A stretch of 64,000 nt of DNA. Origin: Squalus acanthias (lineage: Eukaryota). Location: contig CM059432.1 in assembly GCA_030390025.1 (NCBI GenBank), forward strand, positions 40,984,001-41,048,000, read 5' to 3'. Both the position numbers and the translations under genes were made by a program. Under the pieces are notes generated by a model. It was not told the origin of the DNA. It ran no database searches and saw only the letters and a program-made list of their open reading frames with translations. Positions 1-12,284 of this stretch are shown here, piece after piece (within the stretch, counting starts at the first letter, position 1; each line of letters opens with the position of its first letter).

Positions 1-1473
1 CGTCATCATTCCTCTCTTCAAAAAACCAACTTGACCCCTCTGTCCTTGCAAACTACCGCCCCGTCTCCAACCTCCCTTTCCTCTCAAGTCCTCGAACGTG
101 CTGTCGCCTCCCAAATCCGTGCCCATCTTTCCCGCAACTCCATGTTTGAATCCTGCCAGTCAGGTTTTCGCCCCTGCCATAGTACCGAAACGGCTCTTAC
201 CAAAGTCACAAATGACATGCTATGTGGCTGTGACCATGGTAAACTATCCCTCTTCATCTTTCTCGACCTGTCTTCAGGCTTTGACACGGTTGACCACACC
301 ATCCTCGTCCAACGCCTCTCATCTGTCGTCCAGCTGGGTGGGACTGCACTCCCCTGGTTCCATTCTTATCTACCCAGTCGTAGCCAGAGAATCACCTGCA
401 ATGGCTCCTCTTCCCGCTCCCACGCCGTTTCCTCTGGAGTCCCCCAAGGATTTATCCTTTGCCTCCTTTTATTTCTCATCTACATGCTGCCCTTCAGTGC
501 CATCATCCGAAAGCACAATGTCGGTTTCCACATGTACGCTCACAACATCCAGCTCTACTTCACCACCACCTCTCTCGACCCCTCCACGAACTAAATTGTC
601 AGACTGCTTGTCCGACTGTATTGGATGAGCAGAAATTTCCTCCAACTAAATATTGGGAAGATCAAAGCCATTGTCTTAGGTCCCTGCCACAAACTCCATT
701 CCCTAGCTACCGACTCCATCCCTCTTCCTGACAACTGTCTGGGGCCGAACCAGACTGTTCACAACCTTGTTGTCATATTTGACTCCGATATGAGCTTCTG
801 ATCACATAGCCGCGCCATCACTAAGGCCGCCTATTTCTACCTCCGTAACGTTACCTGACTCCGCCCCTTCCTCAGCTCATCTGCTGCTGGAACCCTCATC
901 CATGCCTTTGTTACCTCTAGACTTGACTATTCCAATGCACTCCTGGCCAGCCTCCCATCTTCCACTCTCCATAAACTTAAGCTCATCCAAAACTCTGCTG
1001 CCCGTATCCTAACTCGCAGCAAGTCCCATTTGCCCATCACCCCTGTGCTCGCTAACCTAAATTGGCTCCCGGTTAAGCAGTGCCTCAATTTTAATATTCT
1101 TATCCTTGTTTTCAAATCTTTCCATGACCTCGCCCCTCCCTATCTCTATAACCTCCTCCAGCCCTACAACCCTCCGAGATATCTGCGCTCCTCCAATTCT
1201 GGCCTCTTGCGCATCCCTGATTTTAATTGCTCCACCATTGGCGCAGTGCCTTCAGCTGCTGAGGCCCTAAGCTCTGGAATTCTCTCCCTAAACTTCTCCG
1301 CCTCTCTGTCTCTTTTTCCTCCTTTAAGACGTACCTTAAAACCTACCTCTTTGACCAAGCTGCCCTATTATCTCGTGGTTCAATGTCAAATTTTGTTTGA
1401 TAATGCTCCTGTGAAGCGCCTGGGGTGTTTTACTACGTTAAAAGTGCTATATAAATGCAAGTTGTTGTTGTTT
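1..1473 (+). mobile_element. L2-clade LINE, 3' portion (degenerate RT and 3' tail)
   Basis: ORFs 31..594 (QSGFRPCHSTETAL, LDLSSGFDTVDH, SGVPQG) and 1030..1536 (HITPVLANLNWLPV); ends ataaatgcaa(gtt)n at about 1451-1473. Confidence 0.9.
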
Positions 1474-1734
1474 GAAATTTATTTTGTTGTTAAGAACACC
1501 TCATATTTTATTCCATTTATTGTGCCAAATGTTTAATAAGATCAAGGGTGCTCCTCATTTCCCAGTGTCCCAATAACTCCATTTCAAGTGCACTGTTAGA
1601 GGTTTTGTTCATAAACTTGTTAGTGTAAACAAATGGGGCAAAGTACTGAATAATTGTAGTGACAATCTGAGTCCAGCATTTGTTTTTCCCTTATGTCATC
1701 TCGCAGTGCATTAACATTATGACTTTAACATTAT

Positions 1735-2613
1735 GGGGGAGAAATTCAGTATTGTCCCATTTGGGGCGCAATTATCGGCCGGGCGCAAAGATTAGCGCCT
1801 GGCGCTAATTATCGCCACCGACTGCAAACTTGACTTTTATCGCCCGTGGAGGTGATTGGAGCGCTAAATCAGGTGCTTCACACCTGTCTTAAGGCGCAAA
1901 GGCCGAGGAGCGAGGCGCTACCTCAGAGCGCTGGCGAAGCTCATGTGATGTCAGTCAGCAATGGAACACAGACACACTGGCGCGGCCAGTTCTTAAAGGG
2001 GAGGGTTGATCTTGCTTTCCATCCACATCCTGCTCATTGCAGCCTTGAATCTCGGCCTGGAGAGACCTGCACATCAAATCTGCTGGAAAGAACAATGGAG
2101 AGTACCAGGGAAAGAGGTCAGAGTGCAGCCCCCACAGTCTCTTCTAAATCGATACAAGGAATGGCAAATCAAAATGAACCTGCAAAGTGCTGCTCAGTAC
2201 CCAAAACTCCTTCACACAGCGTTGAATCTCTCCATAAGTCTCAGTCTCTCTCTCTCTCTCTCTCTCAGAAAGCGTGGTTCTAAAATGTCACCAACAATAA
2301 AAGGCAGGAAGCGGTCGCCTTTAAATAGCGCTCCCCTGTCCCTTCCTGACTGCAAAACGCTCCCCTCAACCTGTCGTTGCGGTAAGGCAGGGGGCGCCAC
2401 TCAATATCCGCTCCGGGGCGTTGCGCACTCGACTGACGTCACGATCTGCCGGCGCAGGAGATCGTGGCGGTAATGTTTAGCGCCACCGCAAAATGTCTAG
2501 TTAATTTCGCGAGCGGTGCAAACATCGCCGCGCCCGGGCGCTAGATGCTTTGCGCCCCATTAGCGCCCTCTTAAGGCGCTAACGGGAGGCGCAACCAACT
2601 GAATTTTTCCCCC
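1735..2613. mobile_element. CpG-rich MITE, probably PIF/Harbinger-type
   Basis: 16-bp TIRs GGGGGAGAAATTCAGT / ACTGAATTTTTCCCCC (1 mismatch); TAT on both flanks; many subterminal GGCGC/GCGCC motifs. Confidence 0.75.
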
Positions 2614-4346
2614 TATGACTTTAACATTATGACTTTAGCATTGACGTAATGCTGTTTCACCAGTGTACAGATGCTAAACTTGTCTAGTGTAAATCAGATA
2701 TCAAGGTCTGAATTGACTCCAAAGTGGGACTCCCTTCTCTCGGCGGGGGGTGACTCCACTTCAATCTGGTGTCAGGTCATAAGAATTAATTGGAATAACA
2801 GCAAAATATAATTTGATTGAGTAGCTTGCAATTATTACTATTGCACATGATTTAGGGTTTATGAACATAACTTCTAGCACTATTATTTACAATTTGGTGT
2901 TGGGATATGCTTCTCAGTTTGAGGTTAAAGCGCATTGTTTGAGGAGAGTAAAGGGAACATTTCTATACATCTAACCTGGGAATGTTTAATGCTGACATGG
3001 TGTGTCAAAAATAGAAAAGTGTTCCATTCCCCAGCACTAACGTGCCTCACCTTGATGAGCACAAATATTTGCCAAAGATACAAATGAAAACCTGTTCAAA
3101 GTAAAGTTTAACTGCTGATTAGATGATGCACATGTGTGTGAACTTGTGTGCATGCCTGACTTGTTTAGATAGGCAAACTACTGTACAGTTCAGGGAGGGC
3201 TATTTCTCTCCAGCACTTTGAAAATAGCATAGCGATAGGAATATTTGTTTCAAATAAAATGCAGTACTAATAAAGGTGGATAGCAATGATTTTCTAGTGC
3301 TGCAACAGAAAGCCGTTGTAGTATGACCTTGGAATTAATGAACGTTATAAATCTTAACAGTGAATAAACCACTTGTCTGTTCTATGATTGCAATTTCAGT
3401 AAAATTTTTGTAAATTTTACTGTTTTATAAGTCACTTCCCTATATTTACAGAAAATAAAGCCTACATTAAAGTGGAGCATTTTTTTTTTAACCTCGAGCT
3501 TATTTTTTATTTGCCAAGCCGGTCAACAGCAACATTATCGCCAGTATCCAGAGATGATTTTGTGTCAGGTGCTGTGCATAGACACCCTTACAAGTGCCTA
3601 TAATTTAAAGTTTACTCCAGAGAAAGACCTTTCAATTGCTTCATCCTCAAAGTGCATTCATCTGAAAAATGCACAGATCATTTTGTAATATTTTTCAAAA
3701 ATAGATCATACCAATTGGCCTCCATCTTTAACACCATTGTGAGGTTGGTCTGAAAACCATGATGTCTTGGTTTAGCCTCAGCCCTCACCACCCATCCCCA
3801 ATCTCTGAAGCATTCCTACAATTAAGTTAGCTTGGCATATATTTAAGGAAATAGGACTGGTGTTTATTTCATGCTTCAGTGATCATAATGAAAGCAGTGA
3901 CCTGTTGTTGTCATTGACTTGAAATAACAACTAAGTTCTAAACCAGCACAGAGTGGGGAAACTGGAACACTCAAATGGAGCATTATACAGTACCTGGAAT
4001 GCGATGCACACCTCCACTGTCCTTTCACATTGTACAAGAAAACCAAGCCTTTAATTCGCAAGTGCAATCCAGAAGAAACCTCTTGTGGTTTTGTGTATGA
4101 CGCTACTTGTCATGACTTGAACAAAAGATTTTTTACCACTAAATCATAGATGAGAGTGGGTGGTGCTGAGTCATTTGAATCTGTACAACTAATCTAAGGC
4201 TAGTTGTCCTAAAGCTGCCTAACAAACTACTTTTGTAGCTTTTTCAATTATTAGAAAGGAGTTGCTCTAGTTTTTTAACCACTTGGTTAAATGCTTCAAA
4301 AAATTGTCTTAGCATGCAGTATTACATAGTTTGTGTTAGGTGTACA

Positions 4347-6801
4347 TAAACATAGAAACATAGAAGCATAGAAAATAGGTACAGGAGTAGACCATTCGGT
4401 CCTTCGAGCCTGCACCGCCATTCAATGCGTTCATGGCTGAACATGCTACCTCAGTACCCCATTCCTGCTTTCTCGCCATACCCCATGATCCCCTTAGTTG
4501 TGAGTGTTATATCTAACTCCCTTTTGAATATATTTAGCGAACTGGCCTCAACAACCTTCTGTGGAAGAGAATTCCATAGATTCACCACTCTCTGGGTGAA
4601 GAAGTTCCTCCTCAGCTCAGTCCTAAATGGCTTCCCCTTAATCCTTAGACTGTGACCCCTGGTTCTAGTTTTCCCTACCATTGGGAACATTCTGCCCGCA
4701 TCTAATTTGTCTAAACCAGTCAGGATTTTAAATGTCTCTATAAGATCCCCCCTCATTCTTCTGAACTCCAGAGGATACAAGTTCAGTTGACCCAATCTTT
4801 CTTGATATGTCAGTCCGGCCATCCCAGGAATCAATCTAGTGAACCTTCGCTGCACTCCCTCAATAGCAAGAATGTCCTTCCTTAAGTTAGGAGACCAAAA
4901 CTGCGCACAATACTCCAGGTGTGGCCTCACCAAGGCCCTGTACAACTGTAGCATCACCTCCCTACTCCTGTACTCAAATCCCCTTGCTATGAAGGCCATC
5001 ATTCCGTTTGCTTTCTTGACTGCCTGCTGCACTTGCATTCCCACCTTCAGTGACTGATGTACCATGACGCCCAGGTCTCGTTGCACGTCCCCTTTCCCTA
5101 ATCTGCCACCATTCAGGTAATAGTCCGCCTCTCTATTTTTACCACCAAAGTGGATAACCTCACATTTATCCACATTGTACTTCATCTGCCATACATTTGC
5201 CCATTCACCCAACCTGTCCAAGTCACTCTGTAGCCTCCTAGCATCCTCCTCATTGTTCACACTGCCTCCCAATTTAGTGTCATCCGCAAATTTGGAGATA
5301 TTACATTTAATCCCTTCGTCCAAATCATTAATATATAATGTAAACAGCTGGGGTCCCAGCACCGAACCCTGCGGTACCCCGCTGGTCACTGCCTGCCATT
5401 CTGAAAAGTACCCATTTACTCCTACTCTTTGTTTCCTGTGTGCCAACCAGTTCTCAATCCACGTCAACACATTACCCCCAATCCCATGTGCTTTAACTTT
5501 GCTCACCAATCTCTTGTGTGGGACCTTGTCGAAGGCCTTCTGAAAGTCCAAATACACCACATCTACTGGTTCCCCCCTGTCCACCCTATTGGAAACATCC
5601 TCAAAAAATTCCAGAAGATTTGTCAAGCATGATTTCCCTTTCACAAATCCATGCTGACTTGGACCTATCATGTCGCCACTTTCCAAATGGTCTGTTATGA
5701 CATCTTTAATAATTGCTTCCATCATTTTACCCACGACCGATGTCAGGCTGACCGGTCTATAATTCCCTGCTTTCTCCCTCCCTCCTTTTTTAAAAAGAGG
5801 GGTTACATTGGCCACCCTCCACTCCATCGGAACTGATCCAGAGTCTAAGGAATGTTGGAAAATGATCGTCAATGCATCCACTATTTCCAAGGCCACCTCC
5901 TTAAGTACTCTGGGATGCAGACCATCAGGCCCCGGGGATTTTTCAGCCTTCAGTCCCATCAATTTCCCCAATACCTTTTCCCGACTAATAAGGATTTCCC
6001 TCAGCTCCTCCCTCTTACCAGATCCTCTGACCCCTTTTATTTCCGGCAGGTTGTGTGTGTCCTCCACAGTAAACACCGAACCAAAGTACTTGTTCAATTG
6101 ATCTGCCATTTCCTTGTTCCCCATTACGACTTGCCCTGTTTCCGACTGCAGGGGACCTACGTTTGTTTTTACTAACCTCTTTTTACATATTTATAGAAGC
6201 TTTTGCAGTCCATTTTAATGTTCTCTGCAAGCTTCCTTTCATATTTTATTTTCCCTGCCCTAATCAAACCCTTCGTCCTCCTCTGCTGAGTTTTGAAGTT
6301 CTCCCAGTCCCCGGGTTTGCTGCTACTTCTGGCCAATTTGTATGCAACTTCCTTGGTTTTAATACTATCCCTGATTTCCCTTGTTAGCCATGGTTGAGCC
6401 ACCTTCCCTTTTTTATTTTTACGCCAGACCGGGATGTACAATTGTTGTAGTTCATCCATGCGATCTCTAAATGTCTGCCATTGCCCTTCCACTGATAGCC
6501 CCTTAAATATCGCTTGCCAATTTAACCTCGCCAATTCATGCCTCATACCCTCAAAGTTGCCCTTATTTAAGTTCTGGACCATGGTCTCTGACTTAACTGT
6601 TTCCTTCTCCATCCTAATGTAGAACTCCACCATACTATGGTCACTCTTCCCCAGGGGGCCTCGTACCACAAGATTGCTGATTAGTCCCTCCTCATTACAC
6701 AACACCCAGTCCAGGATGGCCTCCCCTCGAGTTGGTTCCTCAACATATTGGTTTAGGAAACCATCCCTTAAACACTCCAGGAAATCCTCCTCCACCGTAA
6801 A
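4347..6801 (-). mobile_element. CR1/HER1-type LINE, 5'-truncated, nearly intact ORF2
   Basis: ORFs 6172..6795 (APE C-terminal part) and 4451..6124 (RT with PQGSVLGP and FADD), joined by one frameshift; (ATAGAAAC)n-type tail at about 4347-4372; possible TGTACA TSD. Confidence 0.95.
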
Positions 6802-7471
6802 TGTACAGATTCTGCACTGTTTAATAGGTTGAGTTTTTAATTTTTATAGAACTGTTCTCTTTCAATGGACTCACCAGTTTCGATAAGGAAACTTTGTTTC
6901 TTGCAATCCATAAGTTGTATTTTTTTAAGTGATCTGGCTTTTGCAAAGCTGCATGACATTTGGCTTGACTTCACATGCAGTATTCTGCTTGGTGAATTAA
7001 GTGTAATCATAATAAAATATGACAGTACAACAAAGAAAGTTATTTGAATAAATGCGTTCATGCAGGTGTGCAATTCATCCAAACTTGCACCTTATACAGC
7101 AGAAAACAAATTTCTGTCTGTGCAGCTCCCACATCTGTCACATGTTTCTAGACAAACCAGTTTATCAACTAAGTGTCGCAAGAAATTGATCGTGGACAGT
7201 CATTCAGAGGAATGAAAGCATCTGATCTGTCTAACTAATACTATCCGCTATTGCAGTATCCATGTTTTGTGATGTTGGTGTTTAATGTATTAAAAATACA
7301 TATTGTTGGAGTCAGATAATCTGGGAGAAAGACTTGAATAATTGGGAAAATGTTCTTTTGTTTTTAAAGTGAAACATTTATCATTGCCATTGATAGTTTT
7401 AGTATATTAAATCCATTTTTGGTTACTTCAGATTCAAAGATTGTTGTGTGTAATGATTTAATGTTCTGCAG

Positions 7472-7624
7472 GCCAGTTGTGGAGATGAAGGTGCTCCTAT
7501 GGAAGTAGATGGGCTCCAGACTCCCCGCTCATCAGCACTCAGTGCTGCGGAAGTGAAGCAGCTATTAAAGTGGAAGGAATCTACTGATGATCATTTGCTG
7601 TTTGAACTGGATAAGGTTGTAACG
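7472..7624 (+). CDS. VIRMA: VIRMA (KIAA1429, m6A writer complex subunit) coding exon
   Basis: ag|GCC...ACG|gtatga, 153 nt; ASCGDEGAPMEVDG...SAAEVKQLL...LFELDKVVT resembles human VIRMA (CGDDNGLMEVEG...AAELKQLL) as I recall it. Confidence 0.9.
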
Positions 7625-9104
7625 GTATGAGTTTTTACAATAAAAGACACTATAGAGTGGTTTATAACGATTCAGCCATTTTATGTATACATTTTTCAGA
7701 AAATACAAGTTCTTTGACAACGAAGCATCTATATAATAATTTTTGAATAGGTTGTGCACCGCATTGAAAACTGCTATGCAAACATTTCTTGTGAGAATTG
7801 GACATCACTTGTCTTAAGCTTACCTATGACATTTTCCTGTAACACCATCATAGGAACGTAGGAATTGTTAGATGAATAGGTAATTTTTCATGGATCGGTA
7901 TTAGTGGGCTGCCAGTACATTTTTTACTTGACGCTATATCAGCTTGAGTCAGTGCCTTCAAGAAAGGAGGGAAAAAATTTGAAAGGGGGGGAAATTAAAA
8001 TTTCCTGCTTATAGATGCAACAGGACATGCATTTCACAATATGTGCAAGATCCTGATCAAGAGGAAAGATTTTTTTTAATGTTCTCAGTGCATTGCCAGT
8101 GCCATTATTGCACTGGCCACCTTGTGATTTGAGAGATTGTAAGTTCACTTCTTCACCTATATGGAAGTTCCCAATTAAAATAACTTTCTGACACATGCAT
8201 TCATGGCCCAGAACACAAAGTTGTCTTTCCACTAACATTCTTCTAATAATCTTTAAGGTTACTGTCCTATTATGATCCTTATATGACAGATTTTATTAAT
8301 TACAAATGCATTTTTCAATTTGGAGACATTCTTTTTGAGCAAAATAAGTATTTTGCTATTGTTGTTTGGAGTTCTGTCGCAGATGGCCGAACTGCACATT
8401 AACCTTTTGACTTCTGAATTTCCTTTGGAAGAAATGTTTCTTCCAAAGGAAAGACTCACAGCTGTCATTCTAGTGAGACTTACCACAGTTCATTTAGGTT
8501 TCTAAAAAAGCAGGTAAAACATAGCCTGTCACATATTTTACCTTATTATCCCCTGATATGTATCCATTCTAAACTTCTGTCCATTATATCCATCCCATAC
8601 TAATTTCTGAATCCTGCATTACTCAAAAATGACATTGGGTGATGTGAAAATGCATTGAGTCTAATATTATCCTGACTTAAGTGCTGGCTGAAAATAGCAT
8701 TATATTCATATAGTAACCCCTTAGCATGAAAGGAGTTTACACTTTGCACTCCCATGTTATCCTGTGTCAGTTTTGAATGGCACTGAATCTAAAACTGGAT
8801 GTATGTTTGGGAATTAAAACGTTTCAGCTGATTTTTTTTTAAACCTAATAAACTTGAGAATGGATGAGGTAATATTTATAAAAATGAGCAGTATATTACA
8901 GCCAAGAAATGGCCACATTTTCAATTGTATATTGTTTATGGTAAATATTACGGAAGAGAAATATTCCAAACTAAACATTTTTAACCTATATTCTGTGAAT
9001 AAATTCGTCTTGATTTTAACTTAGATTTTACTGCAGTCTTCCAGTTCTTATAAGTATGTGCGGTAAGAGGGCAGCTTTGTAAAAAAAAATTCTTTTTGGC
9101 GCAG

Positions 9105-9265
9105 GAGCTGTGTAAAGAGGATGATAGTTTTGACTCTTTATTAGAAAATGTTGTTGGATTGCGACAGATGTTAGAAACAACTCCAGATGTATTGCCGGTC
9201 ACTGAGCAGGATGTGGAGCCTGTCCTTCCAGTCTCGGAGTCTCTTCCAATCCAGTTTAACAACAG
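9105..9265 (+). CDS. VIRMA: VIRMA coding exon
   Basis: ag|GAG...AACAG|gt, 161 nt (phase 0-2); DSLLENVVGLRQMLE...QDVEPVL...FNNR. Confidence 0.95.
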
Positions 9266-9652
9266 GTACAGAATCTATATGTTTGAAACTATCACTTTTG
9301 CAGATTCAGTTTCAGTTGGTCACTTATTGGGACCACCAGTATGTTTTGCCGTAAAATCTTGCATCGTTTAAAGAAAAAAGAAATTTCATTTTTTGCTAGG
9401 AATGTTAACACGGTGATGGCTTTGAAACCTAGTTATGTAATACAAAAGGAACATTAAAAATATTTTCTATGAACCACTCCCTTGTGAAGCTCTAATTTTA
9501 TAACAATGTCCTACTAGGCCACTTATACTGCATAGTTTGTATTAATTCGAAGCAGTTTTAATATTACAATGATTCCACTTGTACAATATAATTCAGGTGT
9601 GACGTTACCTGAATCTCAATGAGGCAAGTAGTGTGCGATGCAGAAGCATAGT

Positions 9653-9932
9653 TTTGGAAAATCCTTCAGATATTTTCGGACCTTTAATTTTTATTTGGAA
9701 ATTAATTAGCAAATCCCTATTTTAAAAATCAAATCTTTACGAAGAATTATTTGTAAATTCCTATTGTATTCTTGTCTTTCTTTTTGAAATGATGGCTTTG
9801 GAAAGTCCTTAAGATATTTTTGAACCTTTAATTTTTATTTGGAAGTTAATAATTAAATCCCTATTTAAAAAAAACAAATCATTACAAAGAATTATTTGTA
9901 AATTCCTATTGTTGTCTTGTCTTTTTTTTAAG
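9653..9932. repeat. Tandem duplication of an AT-rich unit of about 145 bp
   Basis: tttggaaa.tcctt.agatatttt...gaattatttgtaaattcctattgt occurs twice, starting near 9653 and 9797. Confidence 0.85.
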
Positions 9933-10961
9933 TTTGAGTAGTCATTGCTAGTGACTAAATCATTGTTGCGGGCTTGGAGGAGATCTGGGGTTGAAGGGAG
10001 TTGAATTAATTCAGTCATGTTTCAAAGTCAATTCTTTATCATAATTCAGCTCTCAAGAATCACTCCAAACAGTCACTTTAATCCCAGCGATATTCACTGT
10101 TTGAACAAAAAAGTATTGCAAGAAATCAAGAAAGAAATAAACAAAAGTATATTATAAGTTACAGCTCTCTAAGCACACATGGGAGATTTTGCTGCTAATG
10201 AAAAATACTGTTCCAAGCAGGTTGCTGATTTAAAATTTAAATATTCCAAAATAGGAACGAATGAACTGGCTTCGATCTGGATAGGCTATACTCGCTGAAG
10301 CCTGTTGAACCAGGATTCAGGACGGAACAGCTAAATTAGAAATTTATTCATCACTGCTTGCCTGTTGGCCATTATTGAAATGATAGTGTCCTCATCAAAC
10401 GGGGCTGTACATCTAACAAACTGACCTCATGAAACTGAATTACAAACCAGTATATGATTCTCTTCCATGTTTTTCACTCGCTGCTCTAGTAGGAAAAGTA
10501 AAAAAAAAAAGTTGAATTAAAGTTTTATAAATTGTCATTCTAATTTGAAGGCTAACTATATGATTGAAACTAAACCAGTATCAGCTTCACACATTCTTGT
10601 GGGGAAAAGCTGATTGAAGAGACAAATTTAAAGTAAATATAAACTTGTTCAAATTGGGACTGTGATATTCCCAAATGAATTGAAGTGGCTGTAAATTGTT
10701 TTCCTCAGGTATGCTTTTTGCATTATATAGCGAAATATAATGCAGTGTCACAAGATTTCATTTAAAAACAATCTTTTACAGGCTTGTAAACCTGAGTTGT
10801 GGTTCACTAGTATTCCAGAATCTTGAGTCAGATTTAAAATAGCACTCGAGTATTTTCATGTTTTGAAAAAGGAATATTCTTTGAACGTTAAAAGATTTGT
10901 TCATCAGCCAGAGTTTGTATTTCTAGACTGGACAGAAAAAACATTTTGGTTTTTATTCTAG

Positions 10962-11058
10962 GACTGCATATGTGTTGGCAGATGTCCTAGATGACCAGCT
11001 AAAGACACTATGGCTTTCCCCATTCCAAACTGAGGAGCTTGACACAGATTTGGATATG
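10962..11058 (+). CDS. VIRMA: VIRMA coding exon
   Basis: ag|GACT...ATG|gtacgt, 97 nt (phase 2-0); TAYVLADVLDDQLKTLWLSPFQTEELDTDLDM. Confidence 0.95.
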
Positions 11059-11479
11059 GTACGTGCAAAAATAAAAAGCGTATATAAAACAAATATAATT
11101 TTTTATGTAAAAGGTTTATGATGGAAGAGAGAGAGAGACAAGAGAATGTACACACACACACATATGCACACTTGGCAATGTGAGACATGCCAGTGCTGAT
11201 AAATAGAACGTTTTCCAAATTTCAGCATGTCAGGTCAGTAAAGCATAGGTTCATTGTAGAATTAAAGTTGCGCTCTCCTGGTAATGTGCTGTAATTCTTC
11301 AGAAGAACATCACATTAGTGTTCATTTTTCTGTTTCCCTTACCAGTTATGCATTTGACGGTTCTAAGTGAGACTGCCAGTTTATAGGTAGATTTGTGCCT
11401 AGTATGAACTGGACTGTCTGACCAAATTTATTTATTTAACTTGTGAAAATCTCCTATCTCTCATGCGAGTACTGAAATA

Positions 11480-11608
11480 GGAGGATGGAGCAGATTACTG
11501 CATGGCTGGAGAAATTGTGCAGCGGGGAGGGCTTCAGATTCCTGAGGCATTGCGGGGGGGGTGGGACCTGTACAAGCCAGAGGGGTTGCACCTCAACAGG
11601 GCAGGGAC
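11480..11608 (+). mobile_element. CR1 ORF1 (SGNH esterase) fragment
   Basis: Degenerate reading AWLE..C..EGFRFLRH...DLYKPEGLHLNRAGT; same sequence family as 43190-43440. Confidence 0.7.
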
Positions 11609-12284
11609 CATAGGAACAGGAGTAGGCCATTCAGCCCTTCGAACCTGTTCTGCCATTCAATGAGATCATGGCTGATCTGCCACCTAATTCCATATACCCA
11701 CCTTTGGCCCATATCCCTTAATACCTTTGGTTAACAAAAAGCTATCAATCTCTGATTTAAAATTAACAATTGATCTAGCATCAGTTGCCATTTGCTGAAG
11801 AGAATTCCAAACTTCTACCACCTTTTGTGTGTAGATGTGTTTCCTAATTTCACTCCTGAAAGGTCTGGCTCTAATTTTTAGACTATGCCCCCATTCCTAG
11901 AATCCCCACCAGTGGAAATAGTTTCTCTCTGCCCTATCTTATCCCCTTAATATCTTGAAAACTTCGATCAGATCACCCCATAACCTTCTAACTTCTAGGG
12001 AATACAACCCTAATTTGTATAATCTCTCCTCGAAACATAACCCTTGAAGTGCGGGTATCATTCTGGTAAACCTACACGGCACTCCCTCCAAGGCCAATAT
12101 ATCCTTCCTAAGGTGTGGTGCCCAGTACTGCTCACAGTACTCCAGGTGTGGTCTAACCAGGGATTTGTATAGCTGCAGCATAACTTCTACCCCCTTGTAT
12201 TCTAGTCCTCTAAATATAATGGCCAGTATTCCATTAGCCTTTTTGATTATTTTCTGTAACTGTTCATAACATTTAGATGATCTA

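Noticed and set aside
1846..2473. ORFs of 145 and 155 aa
   Set aside because: They lie inside the GC-rich MITE, run through a (TC)n tract and show no recognisable domain.
4425..6622. Many + strand ORFs over the CR1
   Set aside because: They are antisense shadows of the RT frame; the same applies to most short ORFs over other LINEs.
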